From assembly GCA_964244175.1 (NCBI GenBank), contig CAXTHY010000009.1:29-64028 (forward strand): a DNA stretch of 64,000 bases, written 5' to 3'. Every line of letters begins with the position of its first letter. Positions within the stretch are counted from its first letter, which is position 1. The notes under the pieces are model-generated. The model had not been told where the DNA came from, searched no databases, and worked only from the letters and a program-made list of their open reading frames with translations. Shown piece by piece: positions 1 to 8,953 of the stretch. The translations under genes and the position numbers were made by a program. Origin of the DNA: an uncultured Jatrophihabitans sp. (GTDB lineage: Bacteria; Actinomycetota; Actinomycetes; Mycobacteriales; Jatrophihabitantaceae).

Positions 1-1362
1 CTCGAGTGGTTCGAGAACCTGGGCCAGTACACCGGCCAGGACCCGCTGCAGTTCGCGTTCAACATCATGACCCGCAGCCGCCGGGTCACCTACGACAACC
101 TGCGCGTGCGCGACCCCGAATTCGTCGAGTCGGTCGACGCGTGGTTCGCCGGGCACGAGGCCGCGCGCGGCCTGGGCGACGGCGAGGTCCGGCCGCCGAT
201 GTTCCAGCCCTTGCGGCTGCGGGGCCTGGAGCTAGTCAACCGCGTGGTCGTCTCGCCGATGGATATGTATCGCGCTGTCGGCGGGTTGCCGACCGACTTC
301 CACCTCGTGCACCTCGGCGGCAAGGCGCTGGGGGGCGCCGGCCTGGTCATGACCGAGATGGTCTGCGTCTCCGACACCGGACGGATCACCCCGGGCTGCA
401 CCGGTATCTACACCGACGAGCAGGCGCGGGCCTGGCGCCGGATCACCGAGTTCGTGCACGCCGAGTCGAACGCGAAGATCGGCATACAGCTAGGGCACTC
501 TGGGCGCAAGGGCTCGACCCGGCTGATGTGGGAGGGCATCGACGAGCCGTTGCCGGACGGGAACTGGGCGGTGGTCGGGCCATCGCCGCTGCCATATCGC
601 GCCGGGATCAACCAGGTGCCGCGCGAACTCGGCGTCGCTGATTTGCGTGCGATCGAGCAGCAGTTCGTCGACTCCGCCGGGCGCGCCGACGCCGCCGGCT
701 TCGACCTGCTCGAGCTGCACTGCGCGCACGGCTACCTGTTGTCGTCGTTCATCTCGCCCCTCACCAATCAGCGGGGCGACCAGTACGGCGGGTCGCTGGC
801 CAACCGGCTGCGCTTCCCGCTCGAGGTGTTCGCCGCGGTCCGCGCGGTGTGGCCGGCCGACAAGCCGATGAGCGTGCGCATCTCGGCCACCGACTGGGAC
901 GACAACGGGGTCACCGAGGTCGACTCGGTCGAGATCGCGCGCGCCTTCGCCGCGGCCGGCGCCGACATCGTCGACGTGTCGTCGGGGCAGGTCACGGCCG
1001 ACGAGAAGCCGGCCTTCGGCCGTTCGTACCAGACGCCGTTCGCCGACCGCATCCGCAACGTAGCCGGCATCGCCACGATGGCGGTCGGGATCATCTCGTC
1101 CTACGACGACGTCAATTCGATCCTGCTCGCCGGTCGCGCCGACCTGTGCCTGCTCGGCCGCGCGCACCTCTACGACCCGAACTGGACGCTGCACGCGGCC
1201 GCCGAACAGGACTACGACGGGCCGGCCGCAGCGTGGCCGACGCCGTGGCGGGCCGGGGCGCGGCGCCCGCAGGCCGGTCGCCTCGAGGGCCCGAAACCCC
1301 GGCTGCAGCTCATTCGGGCTGGGCCGACCGGCACCGCGCATCGCCGCTGGGCACCGGGGTGA
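1..1362 (+). CDS. C-terminal part (5' end cut by the window edge) of a bifunctional flavin monooxygenase / Old-Yellow-Enzyme-type NADH:flavin oxidoreductase (salicylyl-CoA 5-hydroxylase / 2-aminobenzoyl-CoA monooxygenase-reductase-like)
   Basis: Frame 1 is open from base 1 (LEWFENLGQYTGQDPLQFAFNIMTRS...) and runs into the 67..1362 ORF. OYE hallmarks are present: VVSPMDMY, GIQLGHSGRKG, ELHCAHGYLLSSFISPLTNQRGDQYGGS. The stop overlaps the next start (GTGA at 1359-1362). Confidence 0.8.
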   Translation, partial: LEWFENLGQYTGQDPLQFAFNIMTRSRRVTYDNLRVRDPEFVESVDAWFAGHEAARGLGDGEVRPPMFQPLRLRGLELVNRVVVSPMDMYRAVGGLPTDFHLVHLGGKALGGAGLVMTEMVCVSDTGRITPGCTGIYTDEQARAWRRITEFVHAESNAKIGIQLGHSGRKGSTRLMWEGIDEPLPDGNWAVVGPSPLPYRAGINQVPRELGVADLRAIEQQFVDSAGRADAAGFDLLELHCAHGYLLSSFISPLTNQRGDQYGGSLANRLRFPLEVFAAVRAVWPADKPMSVRISATDWDDNGVTEVDSVEIARAFAAAGADIVDVSSGQVTADEKPAFGRSYQTPFADRIRNVAGIATMAVGIISSYDDVNSILLAGRADLCLLGRAHLYDPNWTLHAAAEQDYDGPAAAWPTPWRAGARRPQAGRLEGPKPRLQLIRAGPTGTAHRRWAPG

Positions 1363-2120
1363 GCAAACCGCCCCGGACGGCGCTCGTCACCGGCGCCGGG
1401 CGCGGGATCGGCGCCGCGATCGCCGGGCGACTCAGCGGCGCGGGCTTTCGCGTCGCCCTCACCGCCCGCAGCGCCGACGAGTTGGCCGCGGTTGCCGGGC
1501 AGTGCCCGGGCCCGACGATGGTCGTGGCCGCCGACATCACCGAGGTGGACGCGGCCGACCGGATCTTTGCCGAGGTCGAGGCCGCGTGGGGATCGGTGGA
1601 CGTGCTCGTGGCCAATGCCGGCTCGGGCATCTCGGCCCGGGTCGAGAAGACCTCGGACGCCGACTGGCAGCGCATGCTCGACGTCAATCTCACCGCGCCG
1701 TTCCGGTGCATCCGTCGCGCCGTGCCGTCGATGCGCGCCGCCGGGCACGGGCGGATCGTGGTGATCGCGTCGGTGGCCGCGCGGATCGGCGAGCCGTACA
1801 TCGCGGCGTACACCGCCAGCAAGCACGGCGTGCTCGGACTGGTCCGTTCGGCTGCGGCTGAGCTCGCCGCGACCGGGGTCACGGTGAACGCGGTCTGCCC
1901 CGGTTACGTCGACACCCCGATGACCGATGCGACGATCGAGGCCATCATGGCCGCGTCCGGCCGCAGTGCCGACGAGGCCCGGCAAGCACTCGAACGCAAA
2001 CAGCCCATCGGCCGCCTGATCACGACCGACGAGGTGGCCGCGGCCGTGCTCTACTGCGTGCACAACGGGGCTGTGACCGGGCAGGGGATCACCGTCGACG
2101 GAGGAGCCGTTCAGGCATGA
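1359..2120 (+). CDS. Short-chain dehydrogenase/reductase (3-hydroxyacyl-CoA dehydrogenase-like)
   Basis: GTG at 1359 is in frame with ORF 849..2120. Motifs: TGAGRGIGAAIA (TGxxxGxG), NAGSG, YTASKHG (YxxxK). Start and stop are 4-nt coupled to both neighbours. Confidence 0.85.
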   Translation: MSKPPRTALVTGAGRGIGAAIAGRLSGAGFRVALTARSADELAAVAGQCPGPTMVVAADITEVDAADRIFAEVEAAWGSVDVLVANAGSGISARVEKTSDADWQRMLDVNLTAPFRCIRRAVPSMRAAGHGRIVVIASVAARIGEPYIAAYTASKHGVLGLVRSAAAELAATGVTVNAVCPGYVDTPMTDATIEAIMAASGRSADEARQALERKQPIGRLITTDEVAAAVLYCVHNGAVTGQGITVDGGAVQA

Positions 2121-2515
2121 GCATCGAGCGCGTCAATCCGCCGGAGCTGGCCGAGCCGAAGGGCTTCGCGCACGCCGTGATCGGCCACGGGACGACGGTG
2201 TTCCTGGCCGGGCAGACCGCGCTCGACGCCGACGGCCGCATCGTCGGCGACGGCGTCGTCGCGCAGTTCGAGGTCGCGCTCGGCAACCTGTTGACGGCGC
2301 TGCGGGCCGCCGGTGGCCGCCCAGAGCAGCTGGCCGCCCTGACCGTCTATGTCGTCGACATGGACGACTACCAGGCGCACGCCCGCGAGATCGGCGGCGT
2401 GTGGCGCCGGCTCGTCGGCCGTGACTACCCGGCGATGGCCGGCATCGGCGTCGTCCGCCTGTGGGACGCCGAGGCGCTTGTCGAGGTTCAAGGCTTCGCC
2501 GTCCTCGACGACTGA
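2117..2515 (+). CDS. RidA/YjgF/TdcF family protein (enamine/imine deaminase-like)
   Basis: 132-aa ORF with typical size and sequence (GFAHAVIGHGTTVFLAGQTALD...). ATGA overlap with the SDR gene, and GGAGGAG upstream. Confidence 0.8.
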   Translation: MSIERVNPPELAEPKGFAHAVIGHGTTVFLAGQTALDADGRIVGDGVVAQFEVALGNLLTALRAAGGRPEQLAALTVYVVDMDDYQAHAREIGGVWRRLVGRDYPAMAGIGVVRLWDAEALVEVQGFAVLDD

Positions 2516-2900
2516 CGCTCGCCCCGTCCCGACACCCCCGCGCGTCTTGACAGCCGCGGACCCAGCCTTCAGTATACCGTCATGCATTCATTGCACAGCA
2601 GTGCAACTAATGAATTGGAGATAGCGATGACCGCAATGCTGGAGCGCACCGCGCCCCGCACCGCAGCAAGGCAACGCGCACCGTTTGCGCGTCGCGCCCT
2701 GTGGGCCGTGATCGAGATCCTCGGCGCGGCCTCCTGGTGCAGTCCGATGGGCTCCCCCGCGGCAGGCCTGGCCCTGATCGGACGACGGCTGGACGATCCG
2801 GCACGCACAACCTGTTCCGACGGGTGTTCGGTGACCTGCCCTACCTCCGACCACCTAGCCCGCCTCCCGCGGCGTGCGCGTGCCCTACGCCCCGTAGGCG

Positions 2901-3737
2901 TCAGCGGCCGGTCCAGCGCGGCGGCCGTTTCTCGTTGAACGCGGCATGGAACTCGGCGTGATCCTTCGTGGTCATCAGCAACGCCTGGGTCATCGCGTCG
3001 AGTTCCATCGCGGCCGGCATCGGCATGTCGAGCTCACGGGTCAGCAGCGATTTCGTCTGCGCATAGGCCAGGGTCGGTCCGGCCGCCAGTGTCGCGGCCA
3101 GCTCTCCCACCGCCGCGTCGAGGTCGACGTCGGCGACGAGTCGGGAGGCCAGGCCGTACTTGTCGGCCGTGGCGGAGTCGATGGTGCCGCCGAGCATCAG
3201 CAGATCGGTCGCCCGCCCGAGACCGACCACGCGCGGCAACAGGTAGGCCGCACCCATGTCCCCGCCGGACAGCCCGACCTTGGTGAACAGGAACGCAAAC
3301 CGGCCCGAGGTGCTGACGATCCGGAAGTCCGACGCCAGCGCGACGACCGCCCCGGCCCCGGCCGCGATGCCGTGGATCGCGGTGATGATCGGAATCGGGC
3401 ACTCGCGCATGGCCCGGATGACGTCGCCGGTCATCTTGGTGAAGCGCATGAGGTCGCGCGGTTCCATCTTGATCAGCTCGCCGATGATCTCGTTGACGTC
3501 GCCGCCGCCGCAGAAACCCCGGCCCTCACCGCGGATCACCAGCACCCGCACGTCCTGGTGGTGGGGCAGCTCGGCCAGCAGATCGCGCAGGTCGGCGTAG
3601 CTCTCGAACGTCAGTGGGTTGAGCTTCTCCGGACGGTCGAGCGTGACGGTCGCGACGCCGTCGGCCTTGGCGAAGCGGAAATGCTGCCAGTCCGTCGTCA
3701 GCGGCGCCGACGCGCGGAAACGGTAGTCCGAGGTCAT
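2901..3737 (-). CDS. Enoyl-CoA hydratase/isomerase (crotonase) family protein
   Basis: 278 aa. Motifs: LDRPEKLNPLT, GRGFCGGGDV, HGIAAGAGAVVALASD. ATGA overlap with the upstream acyl-CoA dehydrogenase. Confidence 0.9.
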   Translation of the reverse strand: MTSDYRFRASAPLTTDWQHFRFAKADGVATVTLDRPEKLNPLTFESYADLRDLLAELPHHQDVRVLVIRGEGRGFCGGGDVNEIIGELIKMEPRDLMRFTKMTGDVIRAMRECPIPIITAIHGIAAGAGAVVALASDFRIVSTSGRFAFLFTKVGLSGGDMGAAYLLPRVVGLGRATDLLMLGGTIDSATADKYGLASRLVADVDLDAAVGELAATLAAGPTLAYAQTKSLLTRELDMPMPAAMELDAMTQALLMTTKDHAEFHAAFNEKRPPRWTGR

Positions 3738-4915
3738 TGCACCGAGGCCTTTCCGATGACGGCCTTTCCGATGACGGCCCTTCCGATGACGGCCCTGGCG
3801 ATGATCGAGCGCTGGATCTCCGACGCACCCTCATAGATTCGCAGCGAACGCACGTCACGGTAGAGGTGCTCGAGCAGGTGCCCGCGCTGCAGGGCGCGGG
3901 CGCCGTGCAGCTGGACGCACCCGTCGATGATCTGCTGGGCGGCCTCGGTGGCGTGCAGCTTGGCCATCGCCGAGCGACGCGGCTGCTGGTCCGGCTCCGC
4001 CCCCTCGTCGTAGGCCGCTGCGGCGGAGTAGACGAGCAACCGCGACGCCTCGAGCTGGGTCGCCAGGTCGGCGATCTTGTGGGCCACGGACTGTTGCGCG
4101 GCCAGCGCAGCGCCGTACACCTGCCGCTCGCGGACGTGCGCCACGGTCGCGTCGAGCGCCGCTTGGGCCATGCCTACCGCGAAGGCGCCGACGCTCGGCC
4201 GGAACAGGTCGAGCGTGCGCATGGCCACCGCGAAGCCGGCATCGACCTCACCCAGGACGGCGTCCCGGCCGACGGCTACACCGTCGAAGACGAGCCGACC
4301 GATGGGGTGGGGCGAGAGCAGGTCAAGGTGTTCGCCGCTCAGGCCCGGGGTGTCGCCCGGCACGGCGAAAGCGGTGACGCCCCTGGCGCGGGTGCCCGGC
4401 GTCGTGCGGGCAAACACGGTGTAGATATCGGCTTCGGGCGCGTTCGAGATCCACAACTTCTCCCCCGACAGCCGCCACCCGACGCCGTCAGGATCGGCCC
4501 GCAGGGCCAGCGCCGCGGCATCGGAGCCCGCGTCCGGTTCCGACAGCGCAAACGCCGCGACGGCCTCACCGGAGACCACGGGCGGCAACCAGCGCGCGAC
4601 CAGTTCGGCCGAGCCGGACTGCAGGATCGGGTAACTGCCGAGCCCTTGCAGGGCCAGCGCGGTCTCCGCCGCACGGCTCACTTGCGCCAGCGACTCGCGC
4701 AGCAGACACAGCTGCAACGCCGCGGCGCCACGGACGGGGTCGCCCGGTGCCCCACCGAACAGGCCGCGCAGCAGACCGAGTTCGCCCATCGCCAGCAGCA
4801 GTGTGCGGTTGACCCGACCGTCGTCGGCCCGGGTCAGCGGCTCGACCGAGTCGACGGCCACACGGCGCACCCAGCGGGCGTACTCCTGCTGCGCCTCGGT
4901 GAGGTGGAACGGCAC
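3734..4915 (-). CDS. Acyl-CoA dehydrogenase with a repeat-extended C-terminus
   Basis: 393 aa, GTG start. Motifs: ALSEPDAGSDAA, WISNAP, IYEGASEIQRSII. The C-terminal tail is AVIGR-AVIGK-AVIGK. Confidence 0.9.
   Translation of the reverse strand: MPFHLTEAQQEYARWVRRVAVDSVEPLTRADDGRVNRTLLLAMGELGLLRGLFGGAPGDPVRGAAALQLCLLRESLAQVSRAAETALALQGLGSYPILQSGSAELVARWLPPVVSGEAVAAFALSEPDAGSDAAALALRADPDGVGWRLSGEKLWISNAPEADIYTVFARTTPGTRARGVTAFAVPGDTPGLSGEHLDLLSPHPIGRLVFDGVAVGRDAVLGEVDAGFAVAMRTLDLFRPSVGAFAVGMAQAALDATVAHVRERQVYGAALAAQQSVAHKIADLATQLEASRLLVYSAAAAYDEGAEPDQQPRRSAMAKLHATEAAQQIIDGCVQLHGARALQRGHLLEHLYRDVRSLRIYEGASEIQRSIIARAVIGRAVIGKAVIGKASVQ
3746..3805 (-). repeat. Tandem 15-bp repeat (three near-identical units plus one degenerate unit) inside the 3' end of the acyl-CoA dehydrogenase gene
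   Basis: Read directly: ggcctttccgatgac / ggcctttccgatgac / ggcccttccgatgac / ggccctggcgatgat. It encodes the AVIG(K/R) pentapeptide repeats. Confidence 0.9.
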
Positions 4916-4934
4916 GCCTGCGACCCTAGTTGCC

Positions 4935-4956
4935 TTCGTTGACGACCGTCAACGAA
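4935..4956. promoter_or_regulatory. Perfect 10+2+10 palindrome, candidate operator upstream of the acyl-CoA dehydrogenase operon
   Basis: TTCGTTGACG-AC-CGTCAACGAA lies 20 nt upstream of the GTG start at 4915. The 2-nt spacer is too short for a stable hairpin loop, which favours a dimeric protein-binding site. Confidence 0.45.
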
Positions 4957-4975
4957 ACGTTATGGGCCTCGACAC

Positions 4976-6436
4976 TCAGGTGACGACGGCCGACTCGTCG
5001 GGTTCGGCCGCCGGCGCACTCGGTGCAGGCGCGAAATGCGCGGGCATCAGCGACACCACGACCGCCGTCAGCACCGCCAACACCAGCACGGCGACGAACA
5101 CGTGGTGCACGGCATCGCTGAGCCGCAGCCGGTCGGTGTGCGCCGCCTGGATCGCCGATGTGGCGCCACCCAGAGTCGCGTTGGCCACGGCCCCGAACAC
5201 GGCGACGCCGAGGGCGCTGCCGAGTGAGCGGGCGAACAGGTTCGCGCCGGTGACGACCCCGCGTTCGCGCCACTGCACGGACGACTGCGCGGCGATCAAG
5301 GTCGGCGCGGCGAGCAACCCCATGCCCAACCCGATGAGGAAGCAGGTCGCCCCGACCTGCACCACACTCACCGTGGCGTCGAGCAACAGGAGCAGCGCGC
5401 CGCCGGTCACGACCAGGCTGCAGCCGATCAGCGCACAGGCGCGGACCCCGGCGCGCAGGTACAAGCGGCCGGCCTGCGCGGCCGCCAGTGGCCACCCCAA
5501 CGTCAGCATGGCCAACGCGAACCCGGCCACGAGCGGGCCCGTCCCTAGCACGTCCTGCACGAAGGTCGGGATGTAGGAGCTGAGGCCGATCAGGATCGCC
5601 CCCACGCCGAACGACACGAGGCTGCTCGTCGCCAGCAGCCGCCGCCGGAACACCCAGAGCGGCATCACCGGCTCCGGCGCGCGGGTCTCGACCGCGACGA
5701 AGACGGCGACGAGCGCGACGCCGGCGGCCGGGATGAGCACGCCGGCGGCCGAGGACCACGGCCACGCCTGGCCGCCCTCGAGCACGCCGAGAATGAGCAG
5801 GGTGAGCCCGGAGGTCAGGAACCCGGCACCCAGGTAGTCGATCTGGGGCCGCTTGCGATGCACGTCCTCGCTGAAGCGCCGGCTGATCATGGCCCCGGCG
5901 ATCAGGCAGATCGGGATGTTGAGGAAGAAGATCCAGCGCCACGAGACGTACTCGCTGAACACGCCACCGAGGGTCGGGCCGACAACCGACGAGATGCCCC
6001 ACACGCTGGCCAGGTAGCCCTGCACCTTGGCTCGTTCCTCGATCGAGTAGAGGTCGCCGATGATGGTGAGACTCATTGGCTGGATCGCGCCGGCCCCGAC
6101 GCCTTGCACGGCCCGGAAGGCAATCAGGATCGTCATGTCCCACGCGAACCCACACATGATCGATCCGGCCAGGAACGTCGCGATGCCGAACAGCAGGACT
6201 GGCTTACGGCCGAACAGGTCGGCGACCTTGCCGTAGACCGGCACCGTGAGCGCCTGCGCCAGCAGGTAGATCGAGAACAGCCACGGGAACTGCGCGAAGC
6301 CACCGATACTGCCGACAATCGACGGGACGGCGGTGGCGATGATCGTCGCGTCGATGGCCACCAGGGCGGTGGACATCATCAGGGCCAGCAGGATCGGTCC
6401 GCGCTCCGAGCGCAGCCCGACGTTCGAACGACTCAC
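4976..6436 (-). CDS. MFS transporter, DHA2 (EmrB/QacA-like, 14-TMS type)
   Basis: Long hydrophobic protein with MFS motifs ([33 protein letters not shown]). Start placed at GTG 6436. The ORF is open to 6511, but that extension is Arg/Pro-rich and hydrophilic. Confidence 0.8.
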   Translation of the reverse strand: MSRSNVGLRSERGPILLALMMSTALVAIDATIIATAVPSIVGSIGGFAQFPWLFSIYLLAQALTVPVYGKVADLFGRKPVLLFGIATFLAGSIMCGFAWDMTILIAFRAVQGVGAGAIQPMSLTIIGDLYSIEERAKVQGYLASVWGISSVVGPTLGGVFSEYVSWRWIFFLNIPICLIAGAMISRRFSEDVHRKRPQIDYLGAGFLTSGLTLLILGVLEGGQAWPWSSAAGVLIPAAGVALVAVFVAVETRAPEPVMPLWVFRRRLLATSSLVSFGVGAILIGLSSYIPTFVQDVLGTGPLVAGFALAMLTLGWPLAAAQAGRLYLRAGVRACALIGCSLVVTGGALLLLLDATVSVVQVGATCFLIGLGMGLLAAPTLIAAQSSVQWRERGVVTGANLFARSLGSALGVAVFGAVANATLGGATSAIQAAHTDRLRLSDAVHHVFVAVLVLAVLTAVVVSLMPAHFAPAPSAPAAEPDESAVVT

Positions 6437-6528
6437 CCCATGAGTGTCCCGGCGAGCACCCGGAATGCCCAACGGGCGGACCGGGGTTGCACACTGAGAT
6501 TGCCCGCCCATCGAAAGGTCGTCGTCTC

Positions 6529-7521
6529 ATGGCTGTGCCGCTGTCCATCCTCGACCTCGCGCCCGTGCGGCGCGGCGAGACGGCGGCCGACAGCTTCGCC
6601 GCGAGCGTCGCGCTGGCCCGGCTGGCCGAGGACGCCGGGTACCGGCGGGTCTGGTACGCCGAGCACCACAACATGCCCAGCATCGCGTCGTCAGCCACCA
6701 GCGTGCTGATCGCGCACGTCGGCGCCCACACCGAGCGCATCCGCCTCGGCGCCGGCGGGATCATGCTGCCCAACCACGCCCCGCTGCTGATCGCCGAGCA
6801 GTTCGGCACCCTCGAGGCGCTGCACCCGGGCCGCATCGACCTCGGCCTGGGCCGCGCGCCCGGTTCCGATCGCGCGACGATGTACGCGTTGCGCCGCGAC
6901 CACACCTCGGCCACCCGGTTCCCCGACGACGTGCAGGAGCTGCAGGGCTTCCTCGGCGCCGAATCACTCGTCCCCGGTGTGCGCGCGCATCCGGGGCAGG
7001 GTTCGCACGTGCCGCTCTACATCCTCGGCTCGTCGCTGTTCGGGGCCCAGCTCGCCGCCGCGCTCGGCCTGCCGTACGCGTTCGCCTCGCACTTCGCGCC
7101 GGCCGCCCTGCAGGCCGCCGTCGAGATCTACCGCCGCGACTTCCGGCCGTCCGAACAGCTCGACCAGCCCCACGTGATCGCCGGGGTCAACGTCATCGCC
7201 GCCGACACCGCGGCGGCCGCGGCCGCGCAGTTCCAGCAGGCGAAGCGTGCGCGGGTGCGGGCGCTGGCCCGGCCCGGGCTGTCGTTCACCGACGAACAGG
7301 CCGACGCCGTGCTGGCCTCACCGCAGGGTGCGCAGATCGAGCAGATGGTCGTCCACTCGGCCGTCGGGACGCCGGCCGAAGTCCGGGAGTTCCTCGACGA
7401 CTTCACCAAGTACGCCGACGCCGACGAGCTCATGGTCGCGCTGCAGTCACCGGCGATCGACGCCCGGCTGCGCTCGGCCGAACTGCTCGCCACCGAGATG
7501 CAGCTCGTGGCGGCCCCGTGA
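6529..7521 (+). CDS. LLM-class (luciferase-like) flavin-dependent oxidoreductase
   Basis: [13 protein letters not shown]..., [11 protein letters not shown], and TIM-barrel LLM-like length. Start chosen at the second ATG (6529) of ORF 6487..7521. Confidence 0.8.
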   Translation: MAVPLSILDLAPVRRGETAADSFAASVALARLAEDAGYRRVWYAEHHNMPSIASSATSVLIAHVGAHTERIRLGAGGIMLPNHAPLLIAEQFGTLEALHPGRIDLGLGRAPGSDRATMYALRRDHTSATRFPDDVQELQGFLGAESLVPGVRAHPGQGSHVPLYILGSSLFGAQLAAALGLPYAFASHFAPAALQAAVEIYRRDFRPSEQLDQPHVIAGVNVIAADTAAAAAAQFQQAKRARVRALARPGLSFTDEQADAVLASPQGAQIEQMVVHSAVGTPAEVREFLDDFTKYADADELMVALQSPAIDARLRSAELLATEMQLVAAP

Positions 7522-7570
7522 CCGCCACCCTGCGTGTCCGGCCTCGTCGCCGTGGTGCGGACGGCGAACG

Positions 7571-8050
7571 GTGAGCGCCGACATCGAGGTCGAGCAGACC
7601 GATACCAGCATCGAGGTACGCACGAGCGCGCCCGAGTCGCCGGCCCGGCTGTTCGCGGTGCTGGCCGATCCGCGCCGGCATGTCGACATCGACGGCTCAG
7701 GCATGCTGCAGGCTGACGTCGCGGCCGTCCCGATCGAGCACGTCGGTCAGGTGTTCACGATGGCCATGCGCTACCCGTCGCTGGGCGACTACCGCACCGA
7801 CAACCACATCGTCGGCTTCAAGCCCGCTCGCCGCATCGCGTGGGCGACGGCCCGCGAGGGCCAACCGCCGGCCGGCGTTGTGTGGTCGTGGGAACTCGCC
7901 GAGGAGCCCGACGGCCGGACGCGGATCGTTCACCGTTACGACTGGTCGGGGGTCACCGATCCCGCGATCCTGGCCCGGGTCAGCTTCCCGCGGGTGTCGG
8001 CCGAGCAGTTGCAGGGCAGCGTGTCCGGCCTCGTCGCCGCGGCCCGGTGA
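7571..8050 (+). CDS. SRPBCC (polyketide cyclase/START-like) family protein
   Basis: About 160 aa from GTG 7571, in frame with ORF 7247..8050. Typical SRPBCC layout (IEVRTSAPESPARLFAVLADPRRH...WSWELAEEPDGRTRIVHRYDW). Confidence 0.7.
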   Translation: MSADIEVEQTDTSIEVRTSAPESPARLFAVLADPRRHVDIDGSGMLQADVAAVPIEHVGQVFTMAMRYPSLGDYRTDNHIVGFKPARRIAWATAREGQPPAGVVWSWELAEEPDGRTRIVHRYDWSGVTDPAILARVSFPRVSAEQLQGSVSGLVAAAR

Positions 8051-8053
8051 GGC

Positions 8054-8884
8054 TCAGGCGGTGGCGGCGAAGGACGCCGTCAGGGCGGTGAAGGCCGTCC
8101 CGGTCGGTGCCATCAGGGAGTACACCCGGCCGTTGCTGTCGAGCGCGCTCAGCACGCTGAGTGTGGTGCCGGGGGAGGTGACGACCTCCATGCTCCAGGC
8201 CGGCCGATGCCGGTAGGTCGTCCGCTTCGCGTGCTCGACGGTCCCGCCGCCCGAAAGGTGCAGGCCGGCGCTGCGCAGCAGTTGATCACGCGCAGCCGCG
8301 CTGGGTGGCTGGCTCAGATCGAGCGATTCGACGCCGACGTGCAGCTCGAAGCACGCGACGGTGTGGTAGCTGTACCGCACGTTCTGCTCGGTCGTGCTCG
8401 CGGTCGACGTCTGTGGCCGGTAGGGGAAGCGCGCCGCGAGGTGCGCGTCCGGGAAGGCATAGCGCGAACCCGATTCCGGGAGAGCGGATTCGACCGGGCC
8501 GCCGAGCGACGGCGTCGGCTTGGCGACGGCTGAGGTCTTGGCCTTCGCGGTGGTCTTGCGGGGAGCCGGCCTGGTCTTGCTGCGCCCCTTGGCCTTGGCC
8601 TTGTGGGTGGCCGTGGCTTTGTGGGTGGCCGTGGCCTTCGCCGCAGTCGGGTGCGTGGCCGAACTGGTCGGGGCCGCGGCGCCGGCACTCGGCCCGGTCC
8701 GCGGGTCGGACGCCCAGGTGATGCCGACGTAGACCGCGCCCAACAGCACACCGAACAGCACAACGCCCATGAAGCCGAGCCACAACCCGCGGCGGCTGCG
8801 CCGGGGCGCGACGAGCGGGACGAACTGCGGGCTCGGCTCAGCGCGGCTGTTCGACGCGTCCGGCGATTCGCGGTCCCTCACCAT
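8054..8884 (-). CDS. Hypothetical single-pass membrane protein with a Lys/Thr/Ala-rich repeat linker
   Basis: One clear TM helix (GLWLGFMGVVLFGVLLGAVYVGITW), then ATATHKATATHKAKAKGRSK..., then a C-terminal globular region of about 150 aa. Start uncertain (ATG 8884 or 8935). Confidence 0.55.
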   Translation of the reverse strand: MVRDRESPDASNSRAEPSPQFVPLVAPRRSRRGLWLGFMGVVLFGVLLGAVYVGITWASDPRTGPSAGAAAPTSSATHPTAAKATATHKATATHKAKAKGRSKTRPAPRKTTAKAKTSAVAKPTPSLGGPVESALPESGSRYAFPDAHLAARFPYRPQTSTASTTEQNVRYSYHTVACFELHVGVESLDLSQPPSAAARDQLLRSAGLHLSGGGTVEHAKRTTYRHRPAWSMEVVTSPGTTLSVLSALDSNGRVYSLMAPTGTAFTALTASFAATA

Positions 8885-8953
8885 CGACACATCGGCCGAT
8901 GCCGCCGCAACCTGATGGCAACCGGGAAGATTCACCCGGCGGCGCGCGGCCCC

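Noticed and set aside
4926-6709. Alternative-frame ORFs over the first MFS gene (4926..6155 minus, 5858..6709 plus)
   Set aside because: The translations are highly Arg/Asp/Gly-rich, whereas the 4976..6436 frame gives a coherent 14-TM MFS protein.
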